Assembly: GCF_018350175.1 (NCBI RefSeq)
Contig: NC_058382.1
Span: 53,570,001-53,634,000 of the forward strand
DNA from: Felis catus
Lineage: Eukaryota
Direction: 5' to 3'
Length of the DNA stretch: 64,000 nucleotides
In this document: piece after piece, positions 37,828-50,761 of the stretch
Layout: each line of letters starts with the position of its first letter
Numbering within the stretch: the first letter of the stretch is position 1
Made by a program: the position numbers and the translations under genes
The notes under the pieces: generated by a model
Seen by the model: the letters and a program-made list of their open reading frames with translations, nothing else
The model's database searches: none
Told to the model about the DNA's origin: nothing

Positions 37828-39533
37828 GTAATATTCATCTTAGCTCTGACTGAAGTTAGAGCACTGACACAATCTGATAAATAAAAATGAAATCGAATTG
37901 CCACATGACGAAGGGCCCGTGGGGCGGCTCTCGGCTTCCTCGGGGCTCTGCAGGCCCAATTTCGTCACAGGTGGGCCGGTGCACGCGCAGGCCCCAGCGT
38001 GCTGCGGGGGCCGCGTGCCTGGGCAGGCCCCAGTGCCTTGGAAAGCCACTGTGTCCCAACAGCCTGTCCCTCCAGCGCTGCTTGTGGGTGCCCTTCCCAA
38101 ACGCTCCCACCGGCTCCTCCCGCTGGAGAAGCAGCCTGGCTGCGATAAACCGTCAATTTGAATAGCCAAGCAGATGTTATCAATATCTGCAAGATGCACC
38201 CATCATTCTTTCAGTGGTATGAACGGGGGACGGTTTCCTTTTCCGTCCCCTCCTTCTCCATCCCTTCCCGCCCCCCAGCTGCGGGCTTCCTGTCATTCTT
38301 CCCGCAAGACTGGGGGCGGGGGGTTCGGGCTAACACGATCTTAGCGGGCGGAGATAAACTGGGCTGAATATTTATGATCCTGCTTTTCGGGAAGAGCAGA
38401 TTCTGGGTGTGTCTGAGGTTCAGGAAGTTGATGGAAAAGAGGGAGAAATCAAGAAACAGATGTTTTGGGGATGTGTATGTGTGCGCGTGTGTGCATCACA
38501 AACAACTATTTAATTTTGTAGATCCGAGATCCTTACTAGAACGTGAATCACAAGTTTCACATCCTAGAATTAACTGACAGTTAATCAGCCCCGGCAATAT
38601 TTATTGAGAACATACTATACACCCATGATTTAAATGCTGGCGATCTAGCAGTGAACAAGAAAGACTAACCCTGCTTGTCACGAAATTTTCCTAGCAGTGA
38701 GAGGAGGCAGATAAGAAGATAGTAAATAGTTAAGGGCTTGAAATGTTGTCTGTAATAATGTCTGGCAAGGCAAAATGATAGTGCTGAGAGTGTTGGGAAC
38801 AGGGACATCTACTTTAGGAAGGGATCTCTGAGGAGATGGCATGAAAAAGACTCCTCCCCAAAGGATAAGGGGATAGCCGAAGGAAGGCAGTGGTGAGCCA
38901 CGGAGGGTTTTTCTAAAGAAGACGAGCTGGTATCCAACAGTGCCTCAGGAACTTCACCCTAGAAGCCTCTAGAAGAGCTGCTCCTCATCAGAGAACCATG
39001 CTGTAAGCCCCCCACTGCATGTCATGAACGGGTTTCTCCTTGCTGCATCTAAAATGATTCTGGTTACGCATCATCCTTGGATGAGTTACGGAAAGAGCCT
39101 CCCGAATAATTTTCTGGGTTCTGTGGTGCAGATGATGAGCTCGGGGTGAGAAACGCTTTGAACGTTAGACACTGTGACCAGAAATCCAGGACATGCGATG
39201 ATGGGGAGAAGAAGGAAGTGGAAATAGAGATACACGGGACGCGTCTCCCGCCTGAGCCCGTCTCCTCCACTGGAAGTGGGCGTCCTGACGCCTCCCTGGA
39301 AAGAGTCTCGGGAGGTTGAGAAGAGACAACCCAGGGAAGCGTGCTCGGCTCGGTGCCTGGGGGCAGGTGGCATCTCTTTCCTTCTTTTCTCTTTTCCTCC
39401 ACGGTCTAAGGAACCCAAATGAGAGTGGGGCACATCTACTAGTGGAAAACTGCAAAAATCTCTTAATCCCAAGTTTTTCAGAGGATGTAAAACTATCATG
39501 GGACCCAAAAAGCCATTGGAGGACCAGACAAGG

Positions 39534-39535
<2 letters not shown>

Positions 39536-39579
<44 letters not shown>
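39536..39579. repeat. (CA)n microsatellite
   Basis: Perfect run. Confidence 0.98.
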
Positions 39580-39584
<5 letters not shown>

Positions 39585-39752
39585 TCCAATCCCTTCACGT
39601 ACCACAATCTTACTGTCAGTAACAAACATGCAATTCCCTCCGTTCTGAACACAAAATCCACAGTCCAAGCTGACGTAGCCACGGGAGAGATGGGCGTGGA
39701 GGTTCTGTGGCCAGAAAACTTGCTGTTCGGGGTTTTGTGCAGGCCTCCCCGT

Positions 39753-39781
39753 CCCGCCCCCCCCCCCCCCCCCCCCCCACC
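39753..39781. repeat. Poly-C tract (poly-G on minus strand)
   Basis: About 22 consecutive C. Confidence 0.95.
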
Positions 39782-41514
39782 GCACATCTCTGATGGTCCA
39801 TCCGTGACCCTGACTTCACCATAAAGTGTTCCAAGGGCCAAAAATCTTCCTCGGCCACTTGACAAACTTCTGTTATTCTCCTCACGCACCATAATGCATT
39901 CTTCCGCATTCGTACATACGCTCCAATGGACAGAGAGGCGTTCACACCAAGAAAACTCACTTGCAACTAACTGCTTTACCCTTCTATCACAATGAATCAT
40001 AATCGCCTGATTCCTTCTCTTGCCTGTTACTTGACTGTGAGCTTCAGAGGACTGAGACTTATTTATTTGGCTTTGCTGTGTGCTGTTGCTGTCCGGCAAT
40101 AGCTATCTGTTGAACAAATAAATACAGCTAAAAAGCAAACAAATGAGCTCAAAACCACATCTGCACAGCCTGTATATGAACTCACACACAAATCCCCAAC
40201 TCACGGATAGTCCCGATCATAGATATACATCCACGCAAAAGCCACGCGAGTCAGTTGCACACACGGGTATCCGCCCATCTCTTTCTCTATCTCAAGTTGT
40301 TCTGTACGTTCCCCCAACATCCCACATCTCCCTGCATGTAGATAATTCTCACTAATGCCAGGTGCCTGGCTGGCTTGACATGGTGGCGTCCTGGCCTGGA
40401 ACAGATGAAAGAGGCTGCCCCAGAGATTTTAGAGCCCTCTGCTCTTCAAAGCTCACTGCTGGCACCCAAGACCAGGTGCTCGGCAGGGGTGATTGTGGTT
40501 CACGGGCCTGATTCTGAGGCCTATCTCGGATGAGTCAGAACTTAACATCAGCCAACAGGGGAGACTTAATCTATTTAATATACTCCCTGCTCTGGGGTCC
40601 CAGATGGTGAAGAGGCCAAGCAAAGATGTCAAACTGTGTGTGGTCTTTAAATAGCCCTTGATGTTTGTCACAAGAGTTGAGCCTGGGGCCTGGATCCATT
40701 CCAGTTGGTAATTGATAATTCCAACTGGTAATTACGTGCTCTGGGTAGTTTCGGTTGGCGTTCCGCACATCCTGTCCTCAAATGGCGAGAGGTGTTCCCG
40801 GGTTTCGTGCCAGAGGTGGCTCCATTTCAAGCCCCATAAAGTTTCTAAATACCTTTGGAATGCTGCAGGATGAAGGATGCTGTCCTCGTTAAACACATGG
40901 GCTTCTCAAAAGAAAACCCATTACTCTCTGATAATGACAATTTCTCCTGGTCCTTATGTTCCTTGTTAAAGGAAAATGTCAATTAATAAAGAACACACAC
41001 ACATAACCCTTCCCAGGAATTAGTTAATTATGTCAACCAATGTCCTAGGGGGCCAAACAAGTAATCTGCTTGCAAATTATTGTATTCTTCAGAATCTATA
41101 GAGACATTCTAGATTGCCTTGATGCCTTTCTTCCTCGTTTTTCTTTCACACCTTTTGAGATCTAATTACTAAATGCCCGCGGACTGAGGTCTGCTCACTT
41201 GTCTTTTCCTGGCATATACCTCCACGTAAGAAGACACAGGCCTATTTCTACCCTTTGCACAATGGACACCGGCCAGGGATTTATGATAGTCATACCAGGA
41301 ATAAAACTGGAGCCTTCCTTTTCCTGTTCTCTCAAAGGAATTCCAAAGCAAAATTCAGTTAAAAACATGAGATGTTGATCACAGACGCGAGCAACTCCAA
41401 GACTCGGGAGACGTAAAGAGTCTTACTTGGAGCGGCCCCTTCCCCACAAATTTCCTTATTTCCTGAAAATGCATCTGGGTCTGTAATGAGCACATACCCA
41501 ACTCATCACCTATG

Positions 41515-42033
41515 CGTTCAGCTCTCTGTTGCTATGAAGTGCACCAAAGCGCACCAAAGTGCAGTGCCCTGAAAGATCAGCACTATTTTATTTCTCAGTT
41601 TGGGGGATGATTGTGCTCATCTGGGCGGATCTTGCGCTCGTCTCACCGATGGTCCCTCTCACAGTTGAGGCCAGATGGTGGCTGGGGCTGCACTCATCTG
41701 AAGACAGAGACATGAGATCATGCTGTCTCAGGGCCGATTCTTTCTATGTGGCCTCACCAAGTGGTCTTCGCCCAGCGGTCTCTCCCACTGAGCAGCTGGA
41801 CTTCTTCCCCAGGGTCTAAAGGCTCCCAGGTGTGAACATTTCAAGAAGCAAGAAGCAGAAGCCGCCAGTCTTCTTGAAAGCTGGGCTGGAACCGACACGA
41901 CATCACTCCCTCTGCATTCCGTAGTTAAGCAGGAGTGGGGCCAGCTCAGGTTCCACGTGGAAGGCACTACACCAGTGTGTGAGGGCTGGAAGGTGTGGCT
42001 CGCTAGGGGCCACCTTCAAAGACGAGCTGCCAC
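41515..42033 (-). mobile_element. MLT1-family MaLR solo LTR
   Basis: GGTGGCTGGGGCTGCACTCATCTGAAG...CAAGAAGCAGAAGCCGCCAGTCTTCTT...CATCACTCCCTCTGCATTC...GGGGCCACCTTC...CTGCCACA. Confidence 0.72.
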
Positions 42034-42723
42034 ACCATCACTGTCTCTCTTGTCAACCTCCACCAATGGCTGCTGGTCACACTTGACTGGGGATTCCTCA
42101 TCTCATGCTCACCCCACTCAGACCTGGAGCACCCCCTTCTCTGGCCCGTCTCTCCCTCTATCCTGTTTCCTTCTTTGGGTTTTGAGTTCCTGTTTCTCCT
42201 CCATTGCATTGACCCTGTCCTTTCCCCTGTGTTGAACTTCAGGGACAGCTCATAATGACCTCTCCTCTCTTCACTTGAAATCTGATAGGGATTCCATCCA
42301 GCTTCAAATCAAATATTGTTAAAACAAAACAAAACAAAATTGAGAAATGGTATATATAATATGATTCTGTTTATGTTAAGAAATGTAAATGAACAGTTGC
42401 ATATGCTTATGTGAGTTTGTGTATCCACGTAACATAAAATACAGGGTAAATACACATGATGGAAATTTCCAACACAGATTGCCCCTAGGCAATATTTGGA
42501 TGCTGAGAAAGGGGTAATAGGTAACTTTTTTATTTTATACTCTAATGGATATTAAAAAAAATTTCCAATGAGTTCGCACTCCTTTTATAAAAAAAAAAGT
42601 AATGTAGAAATCTAATTCAATTTTAGGAAATATTTGCTGAACTTCTAACAGGAATAAGACCCCATTCTTGGACTAGTGATTTTAAAATTGATAAGACGTG
42701 GTCTTTTAAAAAATTTTTTTCCA

Positions 42724-42931
42724 GGGGCACCTGGGTGGCTCAGTCGGTTAAGCGTCTGACTTCAGCTCAGGTCAAGATCTCACGGTCCGTGAGTTCAAGC
42801 CCCGCACCGGGCTCTGTGCTGACAGCTCAGAGCCTGGAGCCTGGTTCGGAGTCTGTGTCCTCCTCTCTCTCTATCCCTCCCCTACTGACACTCTGTTTCT
42901 GTCTCTCAAAAAATGAATAAATGTTAAAAAA
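42724..42931 (+). mobile_element. SINEC_Fc
   Basis: GGGGCACCTGGGTGGCTCAGTCGGTTAAGCGTCTGACTTC..., ending in an A-tail. Confidence 0.94.
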
Positions 42932-44608
42932 TTTTAATTTTTTTTCCCCAAAGGAATTCTCGACTATTTTGGCCAATCGGAAACACACATACAAAGATAC
43001 ACGGACGCACACACACACCACACACCCATCATTAAGCAGCAGTATTCCACATACATCAAACAAGGCCAAAGCCTGCACAATATTTACAAAATCCAAACTG
43101 GGGCTAAGAAGTTAATATTCTCAATTTTAAAATCAAAAGAGCATGACCAGGCTCTGCCTCATCCATTTCATCCCTGTGTTCAGTATGGAGAATCCTTCTC
43201 TGGCATATTGATGCCAGAGTCTGGCTCTCTGAGCCCGGCGCGTGCTGACTGACGGCAGCCCAGGTAGGAACCGCCCGTCCTGCTCAGGTGCGTCTCCAGC
43301 CCATCGACTGCCAATCTCCCAGAATCCCTCTCTCTCCAAGTGGGCAGGATGCAGCCTAGGGGTCATTCCCAGATCACACAGATTTCTGAGAACATGCTCT
43401 TTCTTGAAATGGTGATGTAATGCGGAGGAGAGTTTCAGGGCTGATCAATGACAGCGAGGACTCTGTCAGGATGTACAGTAATTTGACTCAGCTCAATAAA
43501 TTGAGCTTCTGGGGCAGGAAAAAGACCCCAGGTTCTAAAAATGCTTGTACAAAAAACCCTGTGCACTTCTGTCTCCTCTGCCCAGCCCGCTCCTCTTAAA
43601 GCACCCCCATCTCGCTATTACTAAGACTCACACCAGCAGGATGGATCCTGGTGGGAACATATCGGGCATATTGAAAAGCCCATTGATTTGCAGCCTTCGC
43701 CGAGCCTACCATTCTGTCTGACAGGAGCTCTGTGCGCCTGTGAACACACATACTCCTCGTCTGCCCACGAGAGGCCCGACCATCAATCATGACTCTTGCA
43801 CCCCTCGAGGCAGAAGCAGTGTTAGAATCTTTCCGGGGGTGCGGGGTCGGTCCCAAGGACTCAAGGGTCAGAGCAAGGGCTCCCCAAACAAGAGAGACAG
43901 GAGGGGGCAGGCGTGGGCGCTTTGAGCTGAAACACGGCTCATGTTCCGTTTGCCACGACCCCGTGAGGTCGGTTCCGTGAACAGTCCCATGTTTCAGAAG
44001 ACAAAACTAATGCTCTGAGATATTAAGTCAGTCTGAGCCTTTAATTAAAGCCTGAGTGTTTATGCAAACCAGCCAGAAACACTCCGCTGTGATCCATTCC
44101 CACATACGATTTTGTTAGAACACAGGACTCTTCTGCTGAAATCAGGAATGTCCTGAAGACTCTGAACTAAACCATCCATTCATTCTCTCTATTTTACAGA
44201 CAAAGGGCCTAAAGCTTAGAGAAACAGAGAGAGTTGCCCAGCTCCACGTGGCCACTAAGCAGTCGGGAAAGAAATGAAGCGGAGATCGAACGATAATATT
44301 ATATCCGCTCTTAGTGACCAAAGAAGCATTGTGCGTTAGGTGCCATGCTCCTCACGCGGGGTGTGATCTCATCCTTAGGACCCAACACAACAGAGGTAAC
44401 ACCGCACCTCTCTTGTGGGATTACCATGAGCGTCCAACAAGATGAGGCACTTGTTAACCCTCTGGTGTGCCTCCCAATGTGCGTAGATCCTGCTCTAAGA
44501 TCAGCTAAGACCATAGAACGTCCTAGCCGCAGAAACTGACATGAATCTTATTCTCATGCAGTATCCAGAAATACGTCGTCATCTGGCAGGCCTATTTAAC
44601 TGTGCCCT

Positions 44609-44611
<3 letters not shown>

Positions 44612-44658
<47 letters not shown>

Positions 44659-44664
44659 GCGTGC
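44612..44664. repeat. (TG)n microsatellite
   Basis: Perfect TG run ending in TGCG units. Confidence 0.98.
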
Positions 44665-45289
44665 ACAGCACAATTAGTAAGTGCATGTGCTACAGTGGTG
44701 ACTTTCCTTTTCCTTCGAGAAATTTGAATTGCTTGTGAAACCTTTAATAGAGATTAAATAGCTGATAATCAGCTTTCACCATGTTATTGACCCTTTCGAC
44801 ATTTGTCTTAGTGATCTCTTGCATGTGAAATGGTGTGCAGCCTGTGGGATCCGTTCCTTTGACTGGTCACGGGAAAATTCTCCCTATGCCTCAGCCCTGT
44901 CCAGGGCCAAGGAGTTGGGGCAGGGGTGGGGTAACTCCAGCTCACTGCCTCACCCCTCCGTATCTTGCCCACAAGTCCCTCGGAAATGCCACATTACGCA
45001 CCAGCAAGACAGTCTAGTACCTTCCTATGTGGCCACTCGACCTTCCCTATCTCATGCGGGCCTGAGAAATAGAGGTGGTTAGGGAATAGCATGGTCAGGT
45101 TCAAAGAACATGGATAATAGCAGCTCCGACATCTGCTACCTTTGGGGTCTGGGGGTCGAAGATTCAGCCTCAGAGATTCTTTCTTAAAACAACAGTCGAC
45201 GCCCTCCACCGGGCGCAGGCTGGTGTTAAGTATCATGTGAGCTCCATACATGTTGGCAACACTTCCTTCCCTGACACAGAGGATCTCAA

Positions 45290-45410
45290 GGTGCACCTCC
45301 CAAACTTTGTCAGAAAGGCAAATTCTCAGGCGCCACCCCAGGTCCACCGAATCAGCATCTCTGGGGGCGGGACCCAGCCATCTGAATTTTCTGATGCACA
45401 GGTGAACCCG
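45290..45410. mobile_element. MER5A-like hAT fragment
   Basis: GCAAATTCTCAGGCGCCACCCCAGGTCCACCGAATCAGCATCTCTGGGGGCGGGACCCAGC. Confidence 0.7.
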
Positions 45411-46799
45411 AAAACCCCTCCTTATACTACTGCGATTTTGCAGCTCATACACCTAGCCCCGGCTGTAAGGAACTTCTCTCCACTGCCTCTGAGTTTGCAT
45501 CTGCACTTCTCACGGGACATCATTCCATGTCCCTTTTATACTCCCTTCCTGTCCCTGGAGAAGCCCCACTCAGCTTTCAGATCTTTCTTTAGAAGTCACT
45601 TTATCCAGGAAGCATTGCCTGGATGGCCCTGGCTGGATCCAATGGCCCCGAGCCCTCTGTATTTTGTTCCACATATACCAGATTGCAGGAGGCTTGTGGG
45701 TCTAAATGATCTGTCTCCCTAACCAAACGGTAAGATTCGTACTGGCAGGGCTCATGTCAGTGTTGTCCCCAGTGATGAGCAGGTAGGTGATCAATTACTG
45801 AAGCGACTGTTCCTAACATTCAACCCCAAGGGGCCATCCTCCCTCTCGCTCTCCAGACTGCCTTCCTCCATCAGGCCTTCCCAGACGTCTCAGACACACA
45901 CATACACACTTCTGCCCTTCCCTGGCTCCCTGTGGGACTTGGGATCTGATCCAGGGAAGCAGTCTCTGGATCATATGGACCAACTGCCTCTAACTAGGGC
46001 AGGATCGTCTCCGTTGTTTGAAGGCTGTGTCCTGCCCCAGGGTCTGGACATCAGAAAACTGAACCAATTTATGAAATTTGTCTCTGTATATTTCTCTAGG
46101 AGCACAGAGGGGACACTCAGTAAATAGATGCTGATGTGGTGAAAAATCATGATGAGATGACACTGGAAGTCGAGCAAGCCCGATTATTGATTGTGGACTT
46201 CCATTGAGGGAAAAAGGAACCAGTTTGGAGAGAAGAGACCCCTGCATTACGCTCTCCCAAACTGGGAGACAGGAGAGGAAAAATTAAAATCTGCATATAA
46301 TGTAAAAAGGGAAGGGGGATAAAGGGTAAAAATAAGAAAATACGACATGGGGTAAGTTGTCGAAGTGAATGCAAAAAAATTTTACCAAATTCCTATCAGA
46401 GAATGCCCTGGGAGACGTGACATGACATACAAGTCCCACTGCACCTGCCCAAGTGGATAGCCTGGTTTAGGGAAAGACTGAGACAGTACAAGTAATGTGA
46501 ACAAGAGCTCACAGGCTATTCTGAGCTGTTGGAACAAAGAAAGCAGTCTGGGGAGGCTCCCTGGAAGAGGAAGGACATTGTGCACAGAGCTAACCATGAG
46601 AACAAAGCAGGGAGTTGATGAAACATGCAGATGAGAAAGCTGTTCTGCAGGAAGGTCCCCAAGCGTGAGCAGTTCTGTGAGAGGTGACAGGCCCAATACG
46701 GGTCACAGAAGGAGGCCTTTCCTCCAGAATGGTCCATCTTTGACGGCTCCTCCCCTCTCCTGCCCTAAGCTAGGAAGACAGCGCCTACCTTAATCCTAA

Positions 46800-46945
46800 A
46801 CCAACACTTCTCAAACATCATCCAATGGAGGGCATATTAAAATGCAGACTTCTGGGCCCCACCTCTAAAGTTTCTGATTCATTGGGTGCGGGGTGAGGCC
46901 TGAGAATTTCACTTCTGTAAAGGTTCCAGGTGATGCTGGGGCTAT
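46800..46945. mobile_element. MER5A-like hAT fragment
   Basis: TTAAAATGCAGACTTCTGGGCCCCACCTCTAAAGTTTCTGATTCA...TGAGAATTTCACTTCT...CCAGGTGATGCTG. Confidence 0.72.
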
Positions 46946-47703
46946 TCCCCAGATAGACATCAAGTCCCAGGCAAGATTGGTGGAACAAGCAAGGATTATA
47001 AAACGTGGCCTGCTGGTCACTAAATCCTTGGCACAGGCTTCGGGAACACTCTGAAAGCCAAACCGCTCCCCAGTTTGACTCTGGCCTGCCAAAGTCAGGA
47101 GCCCGATGGCTAAGCCAGCAGGGGGCCCGCCCTGCACTCCACAGCCTCCCAGCCCCAAGAACTCACACCAGGTCCAAGAGATCACTGGGGCCTTACAGTG
47201 TATATCTAGACACCCGAGACTTGGCTCCCGTTGAAACAGATTCTGCCCGCGTTAATTATTCCATCAGCGAGGGACTCAGAGGAATCACCGTGGCTAATGA
47301 CAAAGACTCCTGGCCCAGGAGCAGATTCCAAATTGGGTGGCTCTGGATCCTGAATGTGGCATTCGCTCCGATGAGGCTGGTGCAGTCCTTCATTATTGCT
47401 GATGTTAACACCTTAACCCGAGTTTCTTCATCTTTGAAGTGGGGCTGAGGTTGCTTTATTGTTTCAGGTATGGGTGCCCGGTTGCTGCTTATTAAATGCT
47501 AATTAGTACATGATAAGTGCAATTAGAGGGTCAGAGCTCCCTGCTAAACCCTCCCGGCAGCTAAGCTGGCCACTCCAAGGAAAACCAGTTCCCCAGCTCG
47601 AGGAGAATAACTGGGAAGCAAGACAAGTCTTGAAGACTCGTCACCAAGTTCCAGTCATTGTTGAGATTTTGTGCTTTTTTACATTTTGCACTTATCTTAG
47701 AGC

Positions 47704-47912
47704 TTTTTAAGTCTATTTATTTATTTTGAGAGAGGAAGAGCATGCAAGCCAGGGGGTGGGAAGAAAGAGAGGGAGACAAAGAGAATCCCAAGCAGCTTCC
47801 ACACCATCATCATGGAGCTCGACACAGGGCTCGGACTCATGAACCATGAGATCGTGACCTGAGTTGAAACCGAGAGTCGGATGCTTAATGGACTGAGCTA
47901 CCCAGGGGCCCC
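47704..47912 (-). mobile_element. Older SINEC
   Basis: Diverged full-length copy. Confidence 0.9.
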
Positions 47913-48169
47913 ACGTTTATTTTATATCTTACTTCTTCTCCCCCCCCCCCGCCCCAGTGAGTGGGCCCCTCGCAGGTATGCCCTGTGAGAAATGGCCCCC
48001 CACTCATGAGGAGGACGGACTGTCTTGCGTGTTGAATTCTGTTGCAAACGCAGGAGGTTTGCACATAAACCTGTGAGGAGGCTAGAGCAGGCGTTATATC
48101 ATCTGCTCAAGGACCTGGAGATGTCAGACATCTTTCCCTTGTAAGCGTCACAAGGGTTCTGCATTTTTC

Positions 48170-48312
48170 CCCAGATTCCATAGAGAAGTGAGATTATACA
48201 GAATGTGTCTGTCTGGGTCTGACTTATTTCATTCAGCATAATGTCCTCCAGGTTCATTCACCTTGTTGCAAATCACAGCATTTCTTTCTTTTTCATGGCT
48301 GACTAATATTCT

Positions 48313-48365
<53 letters not shown>

Positions 48366-48941
48366 CATTTTCTTTAGCCATTCATGCATGATACGCTTTT
48401 CAGTTTTAAGATGAGTAATTTCTGAGGATCGAATATACAGCATGGCAATCATCATTAATAACATGGTATTATACACTTTTGAAAAAAATGTTGATTTGTA
48501 TATTTTGAGAGAGAGAGAAGGAGAGAGAATGGGGGCGAGCATGAGCAGGGGGAGGAACAGAGAGCTAGAATTCAAAGCAGGTCCTCTGCTGTCCGGGCAG
48601 AGCCCAACACAGGGCTTGATCCCACTGGCCTGAGCCAAAATCAAGAGTCATATGCTTAACTGCTGAGCCACCCCGGCGCCCCTGATAATACAGTATTTTC
48701 TACTTGAAATTTGGTAAGAGAGTAAAGCCTGGGTATTCTCACCTCACATGCACGCGTGTGCGCACGCACGCACACACACACACACACACGCAACGTGGTA
48801 TCTACATGAGGTGATGGAGATGTTAATTAGCTTGATTGTGATCATCATTTCACAATATACACATTTATCTTACATGTCGTGTGTGTATAACCTTACATGC
48901 TGTGTCATTTTTACTTACCAGCTATACCTCAATAAAGCTGG
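48170..48941. mobile_element. L1 3' end with inverted 5' segment, interrupted by (TG)n, (CA)n and a SINE
   Basis: 48170-48390 is antisense L1 3' sequence. 48391-48941 is the sense downstream L1 3' UTR, ending TATACCTCAATAAAGCTGG. Confidence 0.75.
48477..48682 (-). mobile_element. Older SINEC nested in L1
   Basis: ...CTGAGCCAAAATCAAGAGTC...CTGAGCCACCCCGGCGCCCC. The L1 sequence resumes after it. Confidence 0.88.
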
Positions 48942-48989
48942 CTTGGGGGAGGCTTCTGCTACTCCAGGCTTATGAAATCATTTGAGGCA

Positions 48990-49202
48990 GGGGTGCAGGC
49001 TGGCTCAGTCAGTTAAGCTCCGACTTTGGCTCAGGTCATAATCTCACGGTTCAAGCCGTGTTGGGGTTCGAGCCCCATGTTGGGCTCTGTGCTGACAGCT
49101 CAGAGTCTAAAGCCTACTTCCAATTCTGTGTCTCCTTCTCTCTCTGCCCCTCCCTACCTCGTGTTCAGTCTCTCTCTCAAAAATAAATAAACATTAAAAA
49201 AA
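48990..49202 (+). mobile_element. SINEC_Fc with 16-bp TSD
   Basis: AAATCATTTGAGGCAG at 48975-48990 and AAATCAGTTGAGGCAG at 49203-49218. Confidence 0.92.
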
Positions 49203-50761
49203 AAATCAGTTGAGGCAGAAGATGAAGGCATAGATGACCCTGTCCTCTTTCTCCCCTAGGAAAGCAAATACAGGCAAAAAGGGTACCCCTTTCCCAGTGG
49301 GCTTTCCTTTAAACCTCGCTGATGGTTCTGTCCTGTGGTTACCCTGGCCCCAAGGGGATCTAGGAGAGCAAGAATTTCCCGAGTGGTGGGCACATTGCTG
49401 TTCCGGATGCATCTGGAATCTCCTGAACAAGAGAAAGGAGTGGATGGGCTTGGGGAAAGCTCTGCCCATATCTATCCGGTGGCTGAGTTTGGAGGCACGC
49501 CCTATCAGGAAATCCCTTCTCTGCCACTTACTAGATGTTCAGCTTGGGCAATCTAGACCTTTCCAGCTTTGCTATCTGTGTAATTGTGGTAATAATGCCC
49601 CCAAGGTGTTTGAAGGGTTTAAGTGATGTCACATGTTGAAATCACCCAGCACAGCCTGCAGCACCTAGCATGCGAGAGTAACTACTATAATTAGCAATGA
49701 CAATGGCAATATTACTCCTTAAACCCCCTGACTCCGGCTCAGCCCCTCCGTGTGGTGCTTTGCCACGTTCCTAGAGCCCTGCCTGGAAACCCAGGAAGAC
49801 CACCTAGTCCCTGTTGTTACCCAACACACAGCCTCGCGATTCCTTCCAGCAAGCTGGACTTTGTTCACCCCTGCGGACAGCACATCCTGAAAGCATATGG
49901 ACATTGTAACCACAATTCGGTTTGACCTTTAAGCTCCCGGGGCATGAAACCTCCCAGTGTCTTGTTTTTCACGGTTAGAGTCCACACTGCCATCTCCGCC
50001 CTCACATGGGGCTGGCTCCGGGCCAGTCTGCTCCCCCAGAGCTATGAAGGACAGAGACTGATGAGCCCAAATTGATATGTAACTTGCCCTAATATTGACC
50101 CTGGCCCTGTGGTTAGTGATTCCCATCGCGGGGTAAATGATTGGACTGTTTTGGCTTTTACCCATTTGACTCTTACACCATCCCCACCGCCATTTTGAAC
50201 ACCACCACCACCAAAAAAAGAATCTCCATTAAGTGTACGATACAGGTAAGAGTCCTCTTGAGGGGACATGGCAGCAAACTTCGCAACGAGAACTAAATTC
50301 ACTAGAAGACTGTGACAGTCTTTCATTAAACATGGTACAAGTGAAAGTCCCCCCCCCCTCCATTGGAGATGTGTCTGTGAAACATCCAAGTAAATCATAA
50401 TCCTGAGAAGTAACATTAGCTGAATGCTCAAGAATCATCTGGTGTGCCCAAATGTTACACGAGATGCAATGATTCCTTCCTCTTCTACAAAGTTCCAAAT
50501 ATCTGCTAAGCTCCGAATCAGGGGCTACGCTGTAAGGTGGAGATGACATGGTTCCCACCCTGTGTGGGGATTCAGGCCGTGATTGGCTCCGGTCATTAGG
50601 GCTGGGGGGGCGTCCTAATTATGGCTAACAGGAATATCGCAGTTGGCAGGTCTGAACTGAGTGTCTGCTCCATGGTAGGTGTTTAGGATGCATTATAAGT
50701 TTAGCCAGAATGACCATTATGACTTCCTGTAGGTTCTCTAGTAATCCTACTTTGTCGTTGC

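Noticed and set aside
39086..40099. 337-aa minus-strand ORF and overlapping ORFs
   Set aside because: It spans a (CA)n run and a poly-C tract, starts at a non-ATG codon, and shows no recognisable domain or splice structure.
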